Positions 52,075 through 61,739 of a DNA stretch of 64,000 nt are shown piece by piece; position 1 is the first letter of the stretch, and every line of letters begins with the position of its first letter. The DNA is from Candidatus Doudnabacteria bacterium (GTDB lineage: Bacteria; Patescibacteriota; Doudnabacteria; UBA920), in contig JARLHZ010000004.1 of the NCBI GenBank assembly GCA_031291995.1, positions 5,272-69,271 of the forward strand, read 5' to 3'. Made by a program: the position numbers and the translations under genes. Under the pieces are notes generated by a model, which saw only the letters and a list, made by a program, of their open reading frames with translations, was not told the origin of the DNA and ran no database searches.

Positions 52075-52641
52075 TCATTTTTTTGCTTTACTGAAATTAC
52101 CTAAAATGGGTTTCACCATCTTTTGAAAGTCTTTCAACCCGACTTCCACGCTATCGGTAAAGGTTCCGGCGCTGGCGATCATTTTCTTGGATCGGGACAT
52201 TCCTTTATCCAGTAACGTTTGCAGGTTGTATTCGGACCCGAACGGGTGGAGTAGGCCGACTTTAGTTTTTAGGTATTTGGCAATGTCTTTTTCACTCGCC
52301 ATACTTACTTTTTTCGCCTTTAAAGCTTTTTTGATGCCGCTAAAATCCACGTACTTGCCGGCGGGTAACACGATTAAAACAAAATTCACAGAATCCTTTT
52401 TCTTTATCGAACTTTTAACACTGGACGGCTCCCAGCCGTCCACCTTAACCAAAACCACCTTAGCTATTTCGCTAAGTTTCCTTTTCGTCGTCGCCCCCAC
52501 ATCGTGCGCGGTAAAAACGACTTTATGTTCTAACGTCTTATACTTAATTTTTGCCTGGTCTAAAAGTTTGGTGACTTTAGTTTGAATTATCTTGGTCTGC
52601 TTTTTAATTTTTGCTTTTTTGGATATTTTTTTCTTAGGCAT
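52075..52641 (-). CDS. YbaK/ProX-type aminoacyl-tRNA deacylase domain protein with a Lys-rich N-terminal tail
   Basis: VKVDGWEPSSVKS...FVLIVLPAGKYVDFSGIKKAL ... VGLLHPFGSEYNLQTLLDKGM (G..PFG...D motif). Confidence 0.5.
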   Translation of the reverse strand: MPKKKISKKAKIKKQTKIIQTKVTKLLDQAKIKYKTLEHKVVFTAHDVGATTKRKLSEIAKVVLVKVDGWEPSSVKSSIKKKDSVNFVLIVLPAGKYVDFSGIKKALKAKKVSMASEKDIAKYLKTKVGLLHPFGSEYNLQTLLDKGMSRSKKMIASAGTFTDSVEVGLKDFQKMVKPILGNFSKAKK

Positions 52642-52651
52642 AAATTTATTA

Positions 52652-52978
52652 TTAACTTTTTGTATAAAAAATGTAAATCAGGAAAGCAACCACAAGAATT
52701 ATGAACGCAACCGTCGCTATATAAGGGTGTTTCTGTTCAGGTAGATTATTGTTATCTTTACGAATTAATGAAACCCAAAACCAAGATATTGGACCCATCC
52801 CGCCATATTTTATCTGTAAAAAAATTTCCGCAATAAAAACGAAAATTATTAAGCCAAGAGTATATAGGACTATTGCGGCCACAGCCCATTCATAATATTG
52901 GTCTAAAATCATTAAGGCTATAAGGCCTCCAAGTAAAATTCCTATTGTGATTAATATTCCTTTTAATTGTTTCGGCAT
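52652..52978 (-). CDS. small polytopic membrane protein
   Basis: Three TM helices. Confidence 0.35.
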   Translation of the reverse strand: MPKQLKGILITIGILLGGLIALMILDQYYEWAVAAIVLYTLGLIIFVFIAEIFLQIKYGGMGPISWFWVSLIRKDNNNLPEQKHPYIATVAFIILVVAFLIYIFYTKS

Positions 52979-53113
52979 GTTTGTACTTTTATTTTAAAAG
53001 TAAAATTAAAGACATTTGACTGGATCCCGGATATTTTTTGCGGCTTATGATGTTCATATTCGCAAAAAAATCCGAGATGACGCTTGAAGTTCGGCGATAA
53101 TTCAGCGTACCTA

Positions 53114-54994
53114 TCAGCGATTATTCAGCGGTTTCTTCGGCAAATCCAATTTTATATGCAATTCCTTAAGCTGTTTTTCTTCCACGGTGCCGGGGGCGCC
53201 CATCATGACGTCTTCGGCACTGCCGTTTTTGGGGAAGGCGATGACTTCGCGGATGTTGGGTTCATTTTGAAAAAGCATTAGCATCCGGTCAATTCCCGGG
53301 GCGAATCCGCCGTGCGGCGGTGCGCCGTATTCAAAAGCGCGAATCATGCCGCCGAATTTTTCGTCCACGGTCTCTTTGCTATAGCCGCAAATTTCAAAAG
53401 CTTTGTACATTATTTCGGGTTTATAGTTGCGAATCGCGCCGGATGAAAGTTCCAGACCATTGGCAATAATATCGTATTGATATGCTCTAACCTCATCAGG
53501 TTTCTGCGTATTTAAAGCCTCCAGGCCGCCCTGCGGCATGGAAAACGGGTTATGCATAAAGTCCCAGCGCTTTTCAGTTTCGCTGTATTCAAACATCGGA
53601 AAATCCGTAATCCAGGCCCAGGCTACAACACTAGGATCCTTTAAGCCGAACATATCTCCAAGTTTGTCCCGGAGTTTGCCTAAAACTTTATTTACGATAT
53701 TTTTTTGGTCCGCGCCAAAAAATATAATATCGCCGGGCACCGCGCGGGTTTTGTTAAGGATTGATTGGATTTCATCAGCAGATAAGAATTTGAGGATGGG
53801 GGAGCGTAGCGTAATTGGTTCGTTGTCCGCGCCGTAGTGCAGGCCCGTGGCCTGCTTTTCCTGATTAGGCAGACCGGGGGCCTGCACTATATCCGAATCA
53901 GGTTGACCGCAAACAATATAAGCCAATCCTCCCGCGCCTTCTTTTTTAACCATTTCGGTTAACTCGTCAATCTGGCTTCGTGACATTTTCGCGCCGCCCT
54001 GGCAGCAAATGGCTTTAACCGCGCCACCGCTTTTAATCGCGTTGCCGAAAACGAAAAATTTAGTATCCTTTAAATCTTCGGTTAAATTTACCATCTTCAT
54101 GTCAAACCTCAAATCGGGTTTGTCGCTGCCGTACAAATCCATTGCCTCCAGATAGGGGATGCGGGGAAACGGTTTTTGCCAGACTTTTTTACCGGCAAAT
54201 TTTTCTGTAAGCTCAACAAACAGCGGTTCCATCTCATTAAATACGACCTCATCTTTGTCGGCAAAAGCTATTTCCAAATCAAGCTGGTAGAATTCTCCGG
54301 GGCTTCTGTCGGCGCGCGGGTCCTCGTCGCGGAAGCACGGGGCAATTTGGTAATATTTCGGTACGCCGCCGGTCATGAGCAGCTGCTTAAACTGCTGCGG
54401 CGCCTGGGGTAAAGCATAAAACTTGCCCGGATGTAATCGGGACGGAACTAAAAAGTCGCGCGCGCCTTCGGGCGACGAAGACGTTAAAATCGGTGTGGTA
54501 ATTTCTATAAAACCATGCTCGGTCATGTAGTGATGAATAGTCTGGATCATCTGGTGCCTTTTTTTCAACATGATTTGCATTTTTTCCCGCCGCAAATCCA
54601 AAAAGCGGTATTTTAACCGCAAATCTTCGTTTATATCCGCCTGTTCGCCATGGCCGTGCGCCACCTGGAAGGGGAGAGGCTTGGAAGAATTTAAGACAGT
54701 GATTGACAACGTTAAAATTTCCACGCCGCCGGTGGGCAAATTTTCATTTTTAGTTTCAGCCGAGCGTTCAATAATTTTTCCTTCGGCCTTGATAACAAAT
54801 TCGTCGCGGCATTTGTCCGCCACGGCAAAAGCTTCCTTGTCCTCGGGGTGAATTGCGAGCTGGACTATTCCGGTGTGGTCACGCAGGTCAATAAAAATCA
54901 CGCCGCCGTGATCGCGCCGTGAGTTTACCCAGCCGGAAACCGTAACTTCATGCCCAACCAATTTGGGCGTTTCTAATGCGTATGTTCTTCCCAT
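53114..54994 (-). CDS. aspS: aspartyl-tRNA synthetase
   Basis: OB domain GWVNSRRDHGGVIFIDLRD, class II motifs FRDE and GGGIDRML-like GIDRMLMLF. Start taken at MGRTYALE. The track ORF extends to 55081. Confidence 0.85.
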   Translation of the reverse strand: MGRTYALETPKLVGHEVTVSGWVNSRRDHGGVIFIDLRDHTGIVQLAIHPEDKEAFAVADKCRDEFVIKAEGKIIERSAETKNENLPTGGVEILTLSITVLNSSKPLPFQVAHGHGEQADINEDLRLKYRFLDLRREKMQIMLKKRHQMIQTIHHYMTEHGFIEITTPILTSSSPEGARDFLVPSRLHPGKFYALPQAPQQFKQLLMTGGVPKYYQIAPCFRDEDPRADRSPGEFYQLDLEIAFADKDEVVFNEMEPLFVELTEKFAGKKVWQKPFPRIPYLEAMDLYGSDKPDLRFDMKMVNLTEDLKDTKFFVFGNAIKSGGAVKAICCQGGAKMSRSQIDELTEMVKKEGAGGLAYIVCGQPDSDIVQAPGLPNQEKQATGLHYGADNEPITLRSPILKFLSADEIQSILNKTRAVPGDIIFFGADQKNIVNKVLGKLRDKLGDMFGLKDPSVVAWAWITDFPMFEYSETEKRWDFMHNPFSMPQGGLEALNTQKPDEVRAYQYDIIANGLELSSGAIRNYKPEIMYKAFEICGYSKETVDEKFGGMIRAFEYGAPPHGGFAPGIDRMLMLFQNEPNIREVIAFPKNGSAEDVMMGAPGTVEEKQLKELHIKLDLPKKPLNNR

Positions 54995-55179
54995 AAAACC
55001 GCTGATCAAACGCGGATAGCTACGCTGATACCACGCTGACAGCCAATTCCGCCCTCGTCCGATAGACAGTCGGCAGGGCATTAATATTATGCCCTAATTA
55101 TATCGTAAATGCGGATTTTTGCCAAATAGTTTTATTTTGAATATAATGGATAAAGTTTGATAAATAATCGAAATAAAAA

Positions 55180-55758
55180 ATGTTAAAAAAGATAGTTTTG
55201 GATCTTGAAACCCAGAAATCTTTTCAGGATGTCGGGGGGCGGGGAAAGAATCATTTGTTAAAAATTAGCGTGGCCTGCATTTACGATTATTCGACGGGTA
55301 AATATTCCTCTTTTGAAGAATATGAGCTTCCCAAACTGGCTCCCATTTTACAGACCGCGGACCAGATTATCGGTTACAACATTAGAGATTTTGATTTTCA
55401 GGTTATTCAGCCGTATTTAAATTTTAATGTTTCCGAGGTGCCGTATTTGGACTTGCTGGTGGAAATAGAAAAAGTTTTGCAGCACCGCATCAAGCTGGAG
55501 TTGGTGGCGCAGGGGACACTGGGTACCGGTAAATCGGGCTCGGGGCTCGAGGCCCTGCTTTTTTACAAAAACGGCCGGATGGATTTGCTGAAAAAATATT
55601 GTCTGGATGACGTAAAAATTACCAAGCAGGTTTACGATTACGCCATAAAAAACGGCAAACTTTTATATAAAGATTTTTTTAAGACCAAGGAGATTGCTTT
55701 AAAAATCGCGGATGCCGTGCCGCGGGTGGGAGTGAAACACCAGGCGGCTTTGTTCTAA
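55180..55758 (+). CDS. RNase H-fold 3'-5' exonuclease-like protein (PolB exonuclease-domain-like)
   Basis: IVLDLETQ ... IGYNIRDFDFQVI ... YCLDDVKITKQVYDY is a DEDD-like arrangement. Confidence 0.4.
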   Translation: MLKKIVLDLETQKSFQDVGGRGKNHLLKISVACIYDYSTGKYSSFEEYELPKLAPILQTADQIIGYNIRDFDFQVIQPYLNFNVSEVPYLDLLVEIEKVLQHRIKLELVAQGTLGTGKSGSGLEALLFYKNGRMDLLKKYCLDDVKITKQVYDYAIKNGKLLYKDFFKTKEIALKIADAVPRVGVKHQAALF

Positions 55759-55879
55759 CACGCGGAATGGGCGCAGATATGTACGCTGATTAGGCCGCTG
55801 ATATTTCGGGCATCTTCCGGGAACTGTAATATACATCGGATTTTCCGCGATCGCGCTCTCGTAGTATTTATAAAAGCGA

Positions 55880-56728
55880 ATGAAAAAATATCTTTTAGCC
55901 AGTATTATTTTACTCATCGGTTTATTTTTCTTTTTGAAAAATGTTTTTTCCGGCGGGCTAATTTTGCCCCAGACGTTCCGTCTTGGGCCGGTCGTAATTC
56001 ACTATTACGGAATAATTATGGCCGCGGCGGCCGCGGCGGGGTTTGTTTTAGCCACAAGCCGCGTGCGAAAATTTGACCTTGAACCTAAGGCGGCTGAAGA
56101 CATGCTGTTTTGGGTAATCGTTGGCGGCTTTGTCGGCGCGCGGCTGTACCATGTATTGTCTTCATTCGGATATTATCTGCAGTATCCGCTCGACGCCTTC
56201 AAAGTCTGGAACGGCGGATTGTCCATTTATGGCGCCGTCTTGGGCGGCATCTTAACCTTATGGGTTTTAAAACGCCTATTCACTAATCACTATTCACTAT
56301 TCACTATTTTAGACTGGCTCGCGCCGTCCGTTATTTTAGGCCAAATTATTGGACGTTTCGGCAACCTGTTTAATTATGAAGCTTTCGGCTACCCGACCAA
56401 TTTGCCGTGGAAAATGTTCGTGCCGGAAATATTCCGTCCCGTGCAGTTTATCCGGTCGGCTTATTTTCATCCCTGGTTTTTGTACGAACTTTTAGGCAAT
56501 GTTTTAATTCTGACTTTCCTTTTAAAAATGGGAAAGCCGAAACGTCCGGGCCAGGTTGTTTTATTCTATATTTTATTGTATAATAGTCTGAGATTTTGCC
56601 TGGAATTTTTAAGAATTGACAGTACTTTTATCGGGGCTTTCAGGCTAAACGCGATATCGAGCCTGGTTTTGGTGCTCGCGGCCGCCGTGGGACTATTTTA
56701 TGCAAATAAGCGCACTAAGCCATCATAA
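55880..56728 (+). CDS. lgt: prolipoprotein diacylglyceryl transferase
   Basis: GPVVIHYYGIIMAAAA...GARLYHVL...WNGGLSIYGAVLGG...GRFGNLFN...HPWFLYE. Confidence 0.8.
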   Translation: MKKYLLASIILLIGLFFFLKNVFSGGLILPQTFRLGPVVIHYYGIIMAAAAAAGFVLATSRVRKFDLEPKAAEDMLFWVIVGGFVGARLYHVLSSFGYYLQYPLDAFKVWNGGLSIYGAVLGGILTLWVLKRLFTNHYSLFTILDWLAPSVILGQIIGRFGNLFNYEAFGYPTNLPWKMFVPEIFRPVQFIRSAYFHPWFLYELLGNVLILTFLLKMGKPKRPGQVVLFYILLYNSLRFCLEFLRIDSTFIGAFRLNAISSLVLVLAAAVGLFYANKRTKPS

Positions 56729-57458
56729 ATTGGTCGCGTTTGTCCTGGCATTGCTGTTTTTGGCGGTGATGCAGGTTTTTTCCATTCCCCAGCCAATTTT
56801 CAGGTTTATGGTGCCGGCTTTTTTTGGTTTTGTCGCCTTGCTGACCTGGTATAACCATTGGTATCTGACCCGTGTACAAAAATATAATTTTTGGCTGCTG
56901 GTCCGGCCAATCTTACTGCTTTGCGCGAGTTTTGGAATATTTTTGATTATTCCTTCAATCGCCCTGCGCGGAATATTTCTGATGACGTCGGCGGCCATAA
57001 TTTTTTTTATAGAACTGATTTTGGGTAATCTGGCGGAGAACATTCTGCTCAACGAAACTTTGTTAATAGCCTTTGGCCTGTTTTTAGCCTGTTTCGCGGC
57101 TTATTATTACCTGCCGCAATTTGAACCGTTATACCTGGCCGGAATATTTTTATCGGCCGCGCTTCTGACCCGCTCATTTTACGAGGTGGTGCCCCGGCCC
57201 GACAGAGTTAAAACTATCGGGGCATTGGCCATCGGACTGTTTTGCTCCGAGCTTTACTGGGCGCTGAATTTTTTGCATTTCCATTTTAGCGTGCTGAGCC
57301 TGGTACTTTTCAATATATTTTACCTTTGTCTTATCCTCAATTATTACCATTTATTCCATTTGTTAAATTTTAAAAAAATCCAGTTCCATTTAATTTTAAT
57401 CTCCGTTTGCGTGCTGTTGGTTATTTTTTCCACGCCCTGGTCAATCTTACCCCAATAA
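56700..57458 (+). CDS. polytopic membrane protein
   Basis: About 7 TM helices. No family recognised. Confidence 0.35.
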   Translation: MQISALSHHKLVAFVLALLFLAVMQVFSIPQPIFRFMVPAFFGFVALLTWYNHWYLTRVQKYNFWLLVRPILLLCASFGIFLIIPSIALRGIFLMTSAAIIFFIELILGNLAENILLNETLLIAFGLFLACFAAYYYLPQFEPLYLAGIFLSAALLTRSFYEVVPRPDRVKTIGALAIGLFCSELYWALNFLHFHFSVLSLVLFNIFYLCLILNYYHLFHLLNFKKIQFHLILISVCVLLVIFSTPWSILPQ

Positions 57459-57459
57459 T

Positions 57460-58524
57460 ATGAACAAAAAACAGGCCACCTTTATAATTTTAGTCTCCGT
57501 AATTTTGACTTTGCTGGTGAATATATTTTTTGGCCGATATCTCATGGCGAAAATTTCCACCTGGCCGGTATTGAATCGCCTACGGCTGCTTAGCCCCCAG
57601 GCGCCGATTGTTATAAACAATAATCAGACCGTGCGCGTCAGCGACAGCGGCGACGCGGGCCAGTTGGTCCGCCAGGTTAACCCCAAACTGGCAACCGTTG
57701 TTCTGGTAAATAACGGGTCTGTTACGGTGGCCGGAGCAGCCGCTAATTTAACATCCGATGGCGGTTTTGTGGCGGCAACGTCGAGCTTTGGGGCAAAAGC
57801 ACCCGCCGGATATTTTGTGGTGTTAAGCGATGGCACCGAGGCGCCAATTACCCAAATCGCGCTGGATCCCGCGACCTCGCTGGCTTTTTTTAAAGCCGAC
57901 TTAAGCGGCGTCCCTGTGCAAAACCTGGACAACTCGGCCGAAGTGGCCGCCGGAGACAAGCTTTTCTTCATCCAAAACTCCCTGCAAAATTTTACCGCTA
58001 AAGTTGCGGAAGGCGCGGCGGTATCCGGCCAGTCCGATATTGAGGGACAGGTTTTTGCGGCCGACAATCCCAGCCGGGGGTTTGGCATCGGTTCTACCGC
58101 GGGGTTATCGGCGGGCGAAGCGGTTTTAGACAGTTCGGGAAATATTGTGGGAATTTTTAATGGTAGCGCGATAATTTCCGCCGACGTGTTAAAAAAGGCG
58201 ATGAGTTTATTTTTTGGCAATCCGGCGCAAATAATCCGGCCGAGCTTCGGTTTTAATTATTCGATTGTTACACGCAATGACAGCAGGCTGACGGGTCTGC
58301 CGCAGGGCGCGGCGGTAAAATCGGTAGCCGTAACCGGTCCCGCCCGAACCGCCGGCTTGGAAGTTGGCGATATTATTATTTCCGTCGACAGCCAGGCCGT
58401 CAGCGAAGCCTCCACCCTGGAACCGTTGCTGGAAAATTATCAACCCGGGGACACGGCCGCCTTTGTGGTCGCGCGCGGGAAGAACCAGCTGACTTTAAAA
58501 TTAAAAGTCGGACAATTAAAGTAA
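57460..58524 (+). CDS. membrane-anchored PDZ-domain protein, HtrA-like with apparently degenerate protease motifs
   Basis: N-terminal TM and a C-terminal PDZ (GLEVGDIIISVDSQAVSEASTLEPLL...GDTAAFVVARGKNQLTLKLKV). No GNSGG serine motif. Confidence 0.45.
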   Translation: MNKKQATFIILVSVILTLLVNIFFGRYLMAKISTWPVLNRLRLLSPQAPIVINNNQTVRVSDSGDAGQLVRQVNPKLATVVLVNNGSVTVAGAAANLTSDGGFVAATSSFGAKAPAGYFVVLSDGTEAPITQIALDPATSLAFFKADLSGVPVQNLDNSAEVAAGDKLFFIQNSLQNFTAKVAEGAAVSGQSDIEGQVFAADNPSRGFGIGSTAGLSAGEAVLDSSGNIVGIFNGSAIISADVLKKAMSLFFGNPAQIIRPSFGFNYSIVTRNDSRLTGLPQGAAVKSVAVTGPARTAGLEVGDIIISVDSQAVSEASTLEPLLENYQPGDTAAFVVARGKNQLTLKLKVGQLK

Positions 58525-58533
58525 TGTGTAATT

Positions 58534-58983
58534 ATGGATATTGATAAATTACATCTGGAACCGGCAAAAAAAGTTAAGACCAGCGACCATCGGGGCATTG
58601 AGAACGGCTGGCTGATGGAACTGTATAAAGACAAAGACACGGGACAAAAAACCGAAGCTTATTTAACCGCGGCCTTACCGGGCGCGTTTAAGGGCTATCA
58701 TCTTCACCGCGTCCGCGCGGCCAGGTATGTGGCTGTAAAAGGGCGAATGAAAATTACCTGCTACGAAAACCAAGGCGGCAAATGGAAGCCGAGCGAGTAT
58801 ATTTTGTCGGCGGATAACCCGCAAAGATTGTTTATTCCCAAAAATGTGGCCACCGGTCTGGAAAATATCGGCAGTGAAGAAGCCTGGCTCATTAATTATC
58901 CGGATCCAGCCTATGACCCAAGCTTGAAAGACGAACAGGTGGAATACACAAGGGAAGAGCTGGAACGGGGCATTGTTAAATGA
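58534..58983 (+). CDS. cupin-type sugar epimerase/isomerase (RfbC/FdtA-like)
   Basis: HRGIENGWLMELYKD...AFKGYHLH...FIPKNVATGLENIGSEEAWLINYPD. Immediately upstream of rfbB-rfbD-rfbA. Confidence 0.5.
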   Translation: MDIDKLHLEPAKKVKTSDHRGIENGWLMELYKDKDTGQKTEAYLTAALPGAFKGYHLHRVRAARYVAVKGRMKITCYENQGGKWKPSEYILSADNPQRLFIPKNVATGLENIGSEEAWLINYPDPAYDPSLKDEQVEYTREELERGIVK

Positions 58984-59068
58984 ATTAGGAATGATGAATT
59001 AGGAATGATGAATTAGGAATTATGAGTTTGTCCCATTCCTAATTCCTAATTCCTAATTCCTAATTCCA
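58984..59068. repeat. word-built hairpin (taggaa/ttccta family)
   Basis: aattaggaatgatgaattaggaatgatgaattaggaattatg ... cattcctaattcctaattcctaattcctaattcc. Confidence 0.7.
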
Positions 59069-59071
59069 ACT

Positions 59072-60046
59072 ATGAAATTACTAGTGACCGGCGGAGCCGG
59101 GTTTATCGGTTCCAACTTTGTCCATTATTGGCTGAAACATCATCCGGACGATAAAATTGCCGTTTTGGATAAATTGACGTACGCCGGAAATTTGGAAAAT
59201 CTGGCCGCGGTGAAAGACAAAATCGAGTTTATCAAAGGCGACATTTGCGAAGAAGCCGATGTCGAACGGGCCATAAACAATGTAAATGTACTGGTACACT
59301 TTGCGGCCGAAAGCCACGTGGACCGTTCCATAACCGGACCCGACGAATTTATCCGGACTAATGTATTGGGAACGCACCAATTGTTAAAGTCGGCCCGCAA
59401 ACATAACCTCAGTCGTTTCCATCATGTTTCCACGGACGAGGTGTTCGGCAGCCTGCCGCTTAATTCGCAAATAAAATGGACGGAAAATTCTCCTTATAAT
59501 CCCCGCAGCCCCTATTCGGCCTCCAAGGCCGCGTCCGACCATTTAGTCCGCGCTTATTTTTATTCTTACGGCCTGCCCATTACCATAAGCAATTGCGCCA
59601 ATAATATTGGGCCATTTATGTTTCCGGAAAAATTGGTTCCGCTGGCGATTACCAACCTGTTGTCCGGGAAAAAGGTGCCGGTGTACAAACCCGGAAATCA
59701 GATCCGCGAATGGCTTTTTGTCGACGATCATTGCAGCGGAATAGAGGCGATTTTGGAAAAAGGGAAAGTGGGGCAGACATATTTTATCGGTCCGGACAAT
59801 CCCGAATTTAGCAACCTCGAAGTTATCAAAAAGATATTGGTTCTGATGGGCCTGGGCGAGGATAATATTGAGTTTGTGGGCGACCGTCCCGGTCACGACC
59901 AAAAATATTCCCTCAGCCATGACAAAATAACCGCGGAACTCGGTTGGTCGCCAAAATTTAATCTGGAAGAGTCTTTGAAACAAACGGTTGATTGGTATAA
60001 AACAAATATTGATTGGTGGAAAAAATTAAAAAATCTGATACCATAG
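59072..60046 (+). CDS. rfbB: dTDP-glucose 4,6-dehydratase
   Basis: MKLLVTGGAGFIGSNFV, catalytic YSASKAASDHL, 324 aa. Confidence 0.85.
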   Translation: MKLLVTGGAGFIGSNFVHYWLKHHPDDKIAVLDKLTYAGNLENLAAVKDKIEFIKGDICEEADVERAINNVNVLVHFAAESHVDRSITGPDEFIRTNVLGTHQLLKSARKHNLSRFHHVSTDEVFGSLPLNSQIKWTENSPYNPRSPYSASKAASDHLVRAYFYSYGLPITISNCANNIGPFMFPEKLVPLAITNLLSGKKVPVYKPGNQIREWLFVDDHCSGIEAILEKGKVGQTYFIGPDNPEFSNLEVIKKILVLMGLGEDNIEFVGDRPGHDQKYSLSHDKITAELGWSPKFNLEESLKQTVDWYKTNIDWWKKLKNLIP

Positions 60047-60047
60047 C

Positions 60048-60881
60048 ATGAGCAATATTTTAATTTTAGGATCGCAGGGAATGCTGGGAGGGGAGCTGAA
60101 ACGCACTTTCTCCAAGGCTTTGGGTTGGGATCGAAAGGAACTTGACCTCGGGCAAATAGGCGATCTTGAGCAACGCCTGGCCGCTTTGCCGCAACTCCCG
60201 GACGCGGTTATTAATTGCGCCGCTTATAACGATGTTGACGGCGCGGAAGCGTATCCCGACAAGGCCTTTTTAATAAATTCCACGGCTGTGGGCAAGATTG
60301 CTTCGGCTTGCAACAGTTTGGGCATCCCGCTCATCCACTTCAGCAGTAATTACGTTTTCGACGGGGAGAAGGGCGAATACCGTGAAGACGACCAGCCGAA
60401 CGCTCTTTCGACCTACGGTAAGTCCAAATATCAGGGGGAGCAATTGCTCCGGAAAAACTGTTTTAAATATTATTTAATCCGCACTTCGGTTTTGTTCGGG
60501 CAGGAGGCCGAGAGCCAATTTGCCAAAAAAAGCTTTATTGAAATTATGCTGGAGCTCAGGGAGACAACCGACACTATTAAAGCGGTAACCGACGAAATTA
60601 ACAGCCTGACATACGTTTCCGATTTGGCCTCGTCGGTGGAAGCCTTAATTACCAAAAAATATCCATATGGAATTTACCATATTGTAAACGGCGGCCAGGC
60701 CAGCTGGTACGACTTTGCCCAGGAAATTTTTCGGTTAAAGGGCAAAGAAGTTAAGCTGGAAGCCGTAGACTCATCCGCATTCCCGCGCAAGGCCTCGCGG
60801 CCGAAAAAAGCTGTTTTACTTAACACCAAGTTCCCCGAGTTGCGCTCCTGGCAGGAAGCGCTCGCGGAATTCCTTAGTTAG
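60048..60881 (+). CDS. rfbD: dTDP-4-dehydrorhamnose reductase
   Basis: ILILGSQGMLGGEL...YGKSKYQGE and a NAD(P)-binding Rossmann fold. Operon context. Confidence 0.75.
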   Translation: MSNILILGSQGMLGGELKRTFSKALGWDRKELDLGQIGDLEQRLAALPQLPDAVINCAAYNDVDGAEAYPDKAFLINSTAVGKIASACNSLGIPLIHFSSNYVFDGEKGEYREDDQPNALSTYGKSKYQGEQLLRKNCFKYYLIRTSVLFGQEAESQFAKKSFIEIMLELRETTDTIKAVTDEINSLTYVSDLASSVEALITKKYPYGIYHIVNGGQASWYDFAQEIFRLKGKEVKLEAVDSSAFPRKASRPKKAVLLNTKFPELRSWQEALAEFLS

Positions 60882-60944
60882 GAATTAGGAAGTAGGAATA
60901 AGGAAACTCCTAACTCCTACTTCCTAACTCCTAAATCCTAATTC
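60866..60944. repeat. word-built hairpin (taggaa/ttccta family)
   Basis: ttaggaattaggaagtaggaataaggaaactcctaactcctacttcctaactcctaaatcctaattc. Confidence 0.7.
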
Positions 60945-61658
60945 ATGAAAGGCATCATACTCTCCGGCGGAACGGGCACGCGCCTTTATCCGCTGACCAA
61001 AGTCACATCCAAACAGCTTCTGCCGGTCTATAACCGGCCGATGATTATGTATCCGCTGGATACTTTGCTTAAGGCCGGCATAAATGAGATTTTAATAATT
61101 GTTTCTCCCGAACACGCGGAGGATTACGGCAAACTTTTGGGCGACGGCGGCGAATTCGGCTGCCGAATAGTCTATAAAGTTCAGGACAAGCCGGAAGGGC
61201 TGGCTCAGGCATTTATTTTAGGGCAGGAATTCATAGGCAATGACAGCGTGTGCATGATTTTGGGCGACAATATTTTTGAAGATGATTTTTCGGGTGTCAT
61301 CAAGAATTTTAAAAGCGGCGGACAAGTCTTCGCCAAGGCGGTAACGGATCCTGAGCGCTTTGGGGTGGTTAAGTTTAACGATAAAATGCAGGCCGTTAAA
61401 ATAGAAGAAAAACCTAAGGAATTTCTATCTAATTTTGCCATTACCGGCTTATATATTTACGATAACCGCGTGGCCGAGGTGGCAAAACAGGTTAAGCCTT
61501 CCGCGCGCGGCGAATTGGAAATAACCGAATTGCATAATTGGTATTTAACGCGCGGCGAATTAAAAGTGGATTTGGTTAAAGGGGAATGGGTGGATGCCGG
61601 AACTTTTGAATCCCTGTTCCATGCCGGCGAACTAATGCGCCGTAAAGCCACGGGGTAA
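60945..61658 (+). CDS. rfbA: glucose-1-phosphate thymidylyltransferase (short form)
   Basis: MKGIILSGGTGTRLYPLTKVTSKQLLPVYNRPMIMYPL. Confidence 0.8.
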   Translation: MKGIILSGGTGTRLYPLTKVTSKQLLPVYNRPMIMYPLDTLLKAGINEILIIVSPEHAEDYGKLLGDGGEFGCRIVYKVQDKPEGLAQAFILGQEFIGNDSVCMILGDNIFEDDFSGVIKNFKSGGQVFAKAVTDPERFGVVKFNDKMQAVKIEEKPKEFLSNFAITGLYIYDNRVAEVAKQVKPSARGELEITELHNWYLTRGELKVDLVKGEWVDAGTFESLFHAGELMRRKATG

Positions 61659-61737
61659 TTTACGAAGTACGAAGTTTTACGAACCTACGAACGCGCGAAC
61701 TTCGTAAGTTCGTACCTCTTCGTACTTCGTAAACTCC
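61659..61737. repeat. word-built hairpin (tacgaa/ttcgta family), near-copy of 2076-2159
   Basis: tttacgaagtacgaagttttacgaacctacgaacgcgcgaacttcgtaagttcgtacctcttcgtacttcgtaaactc. The right arm abuts the ATG at 61740. Confidence 0.7.
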
Positions 61738-61739
61738 AT

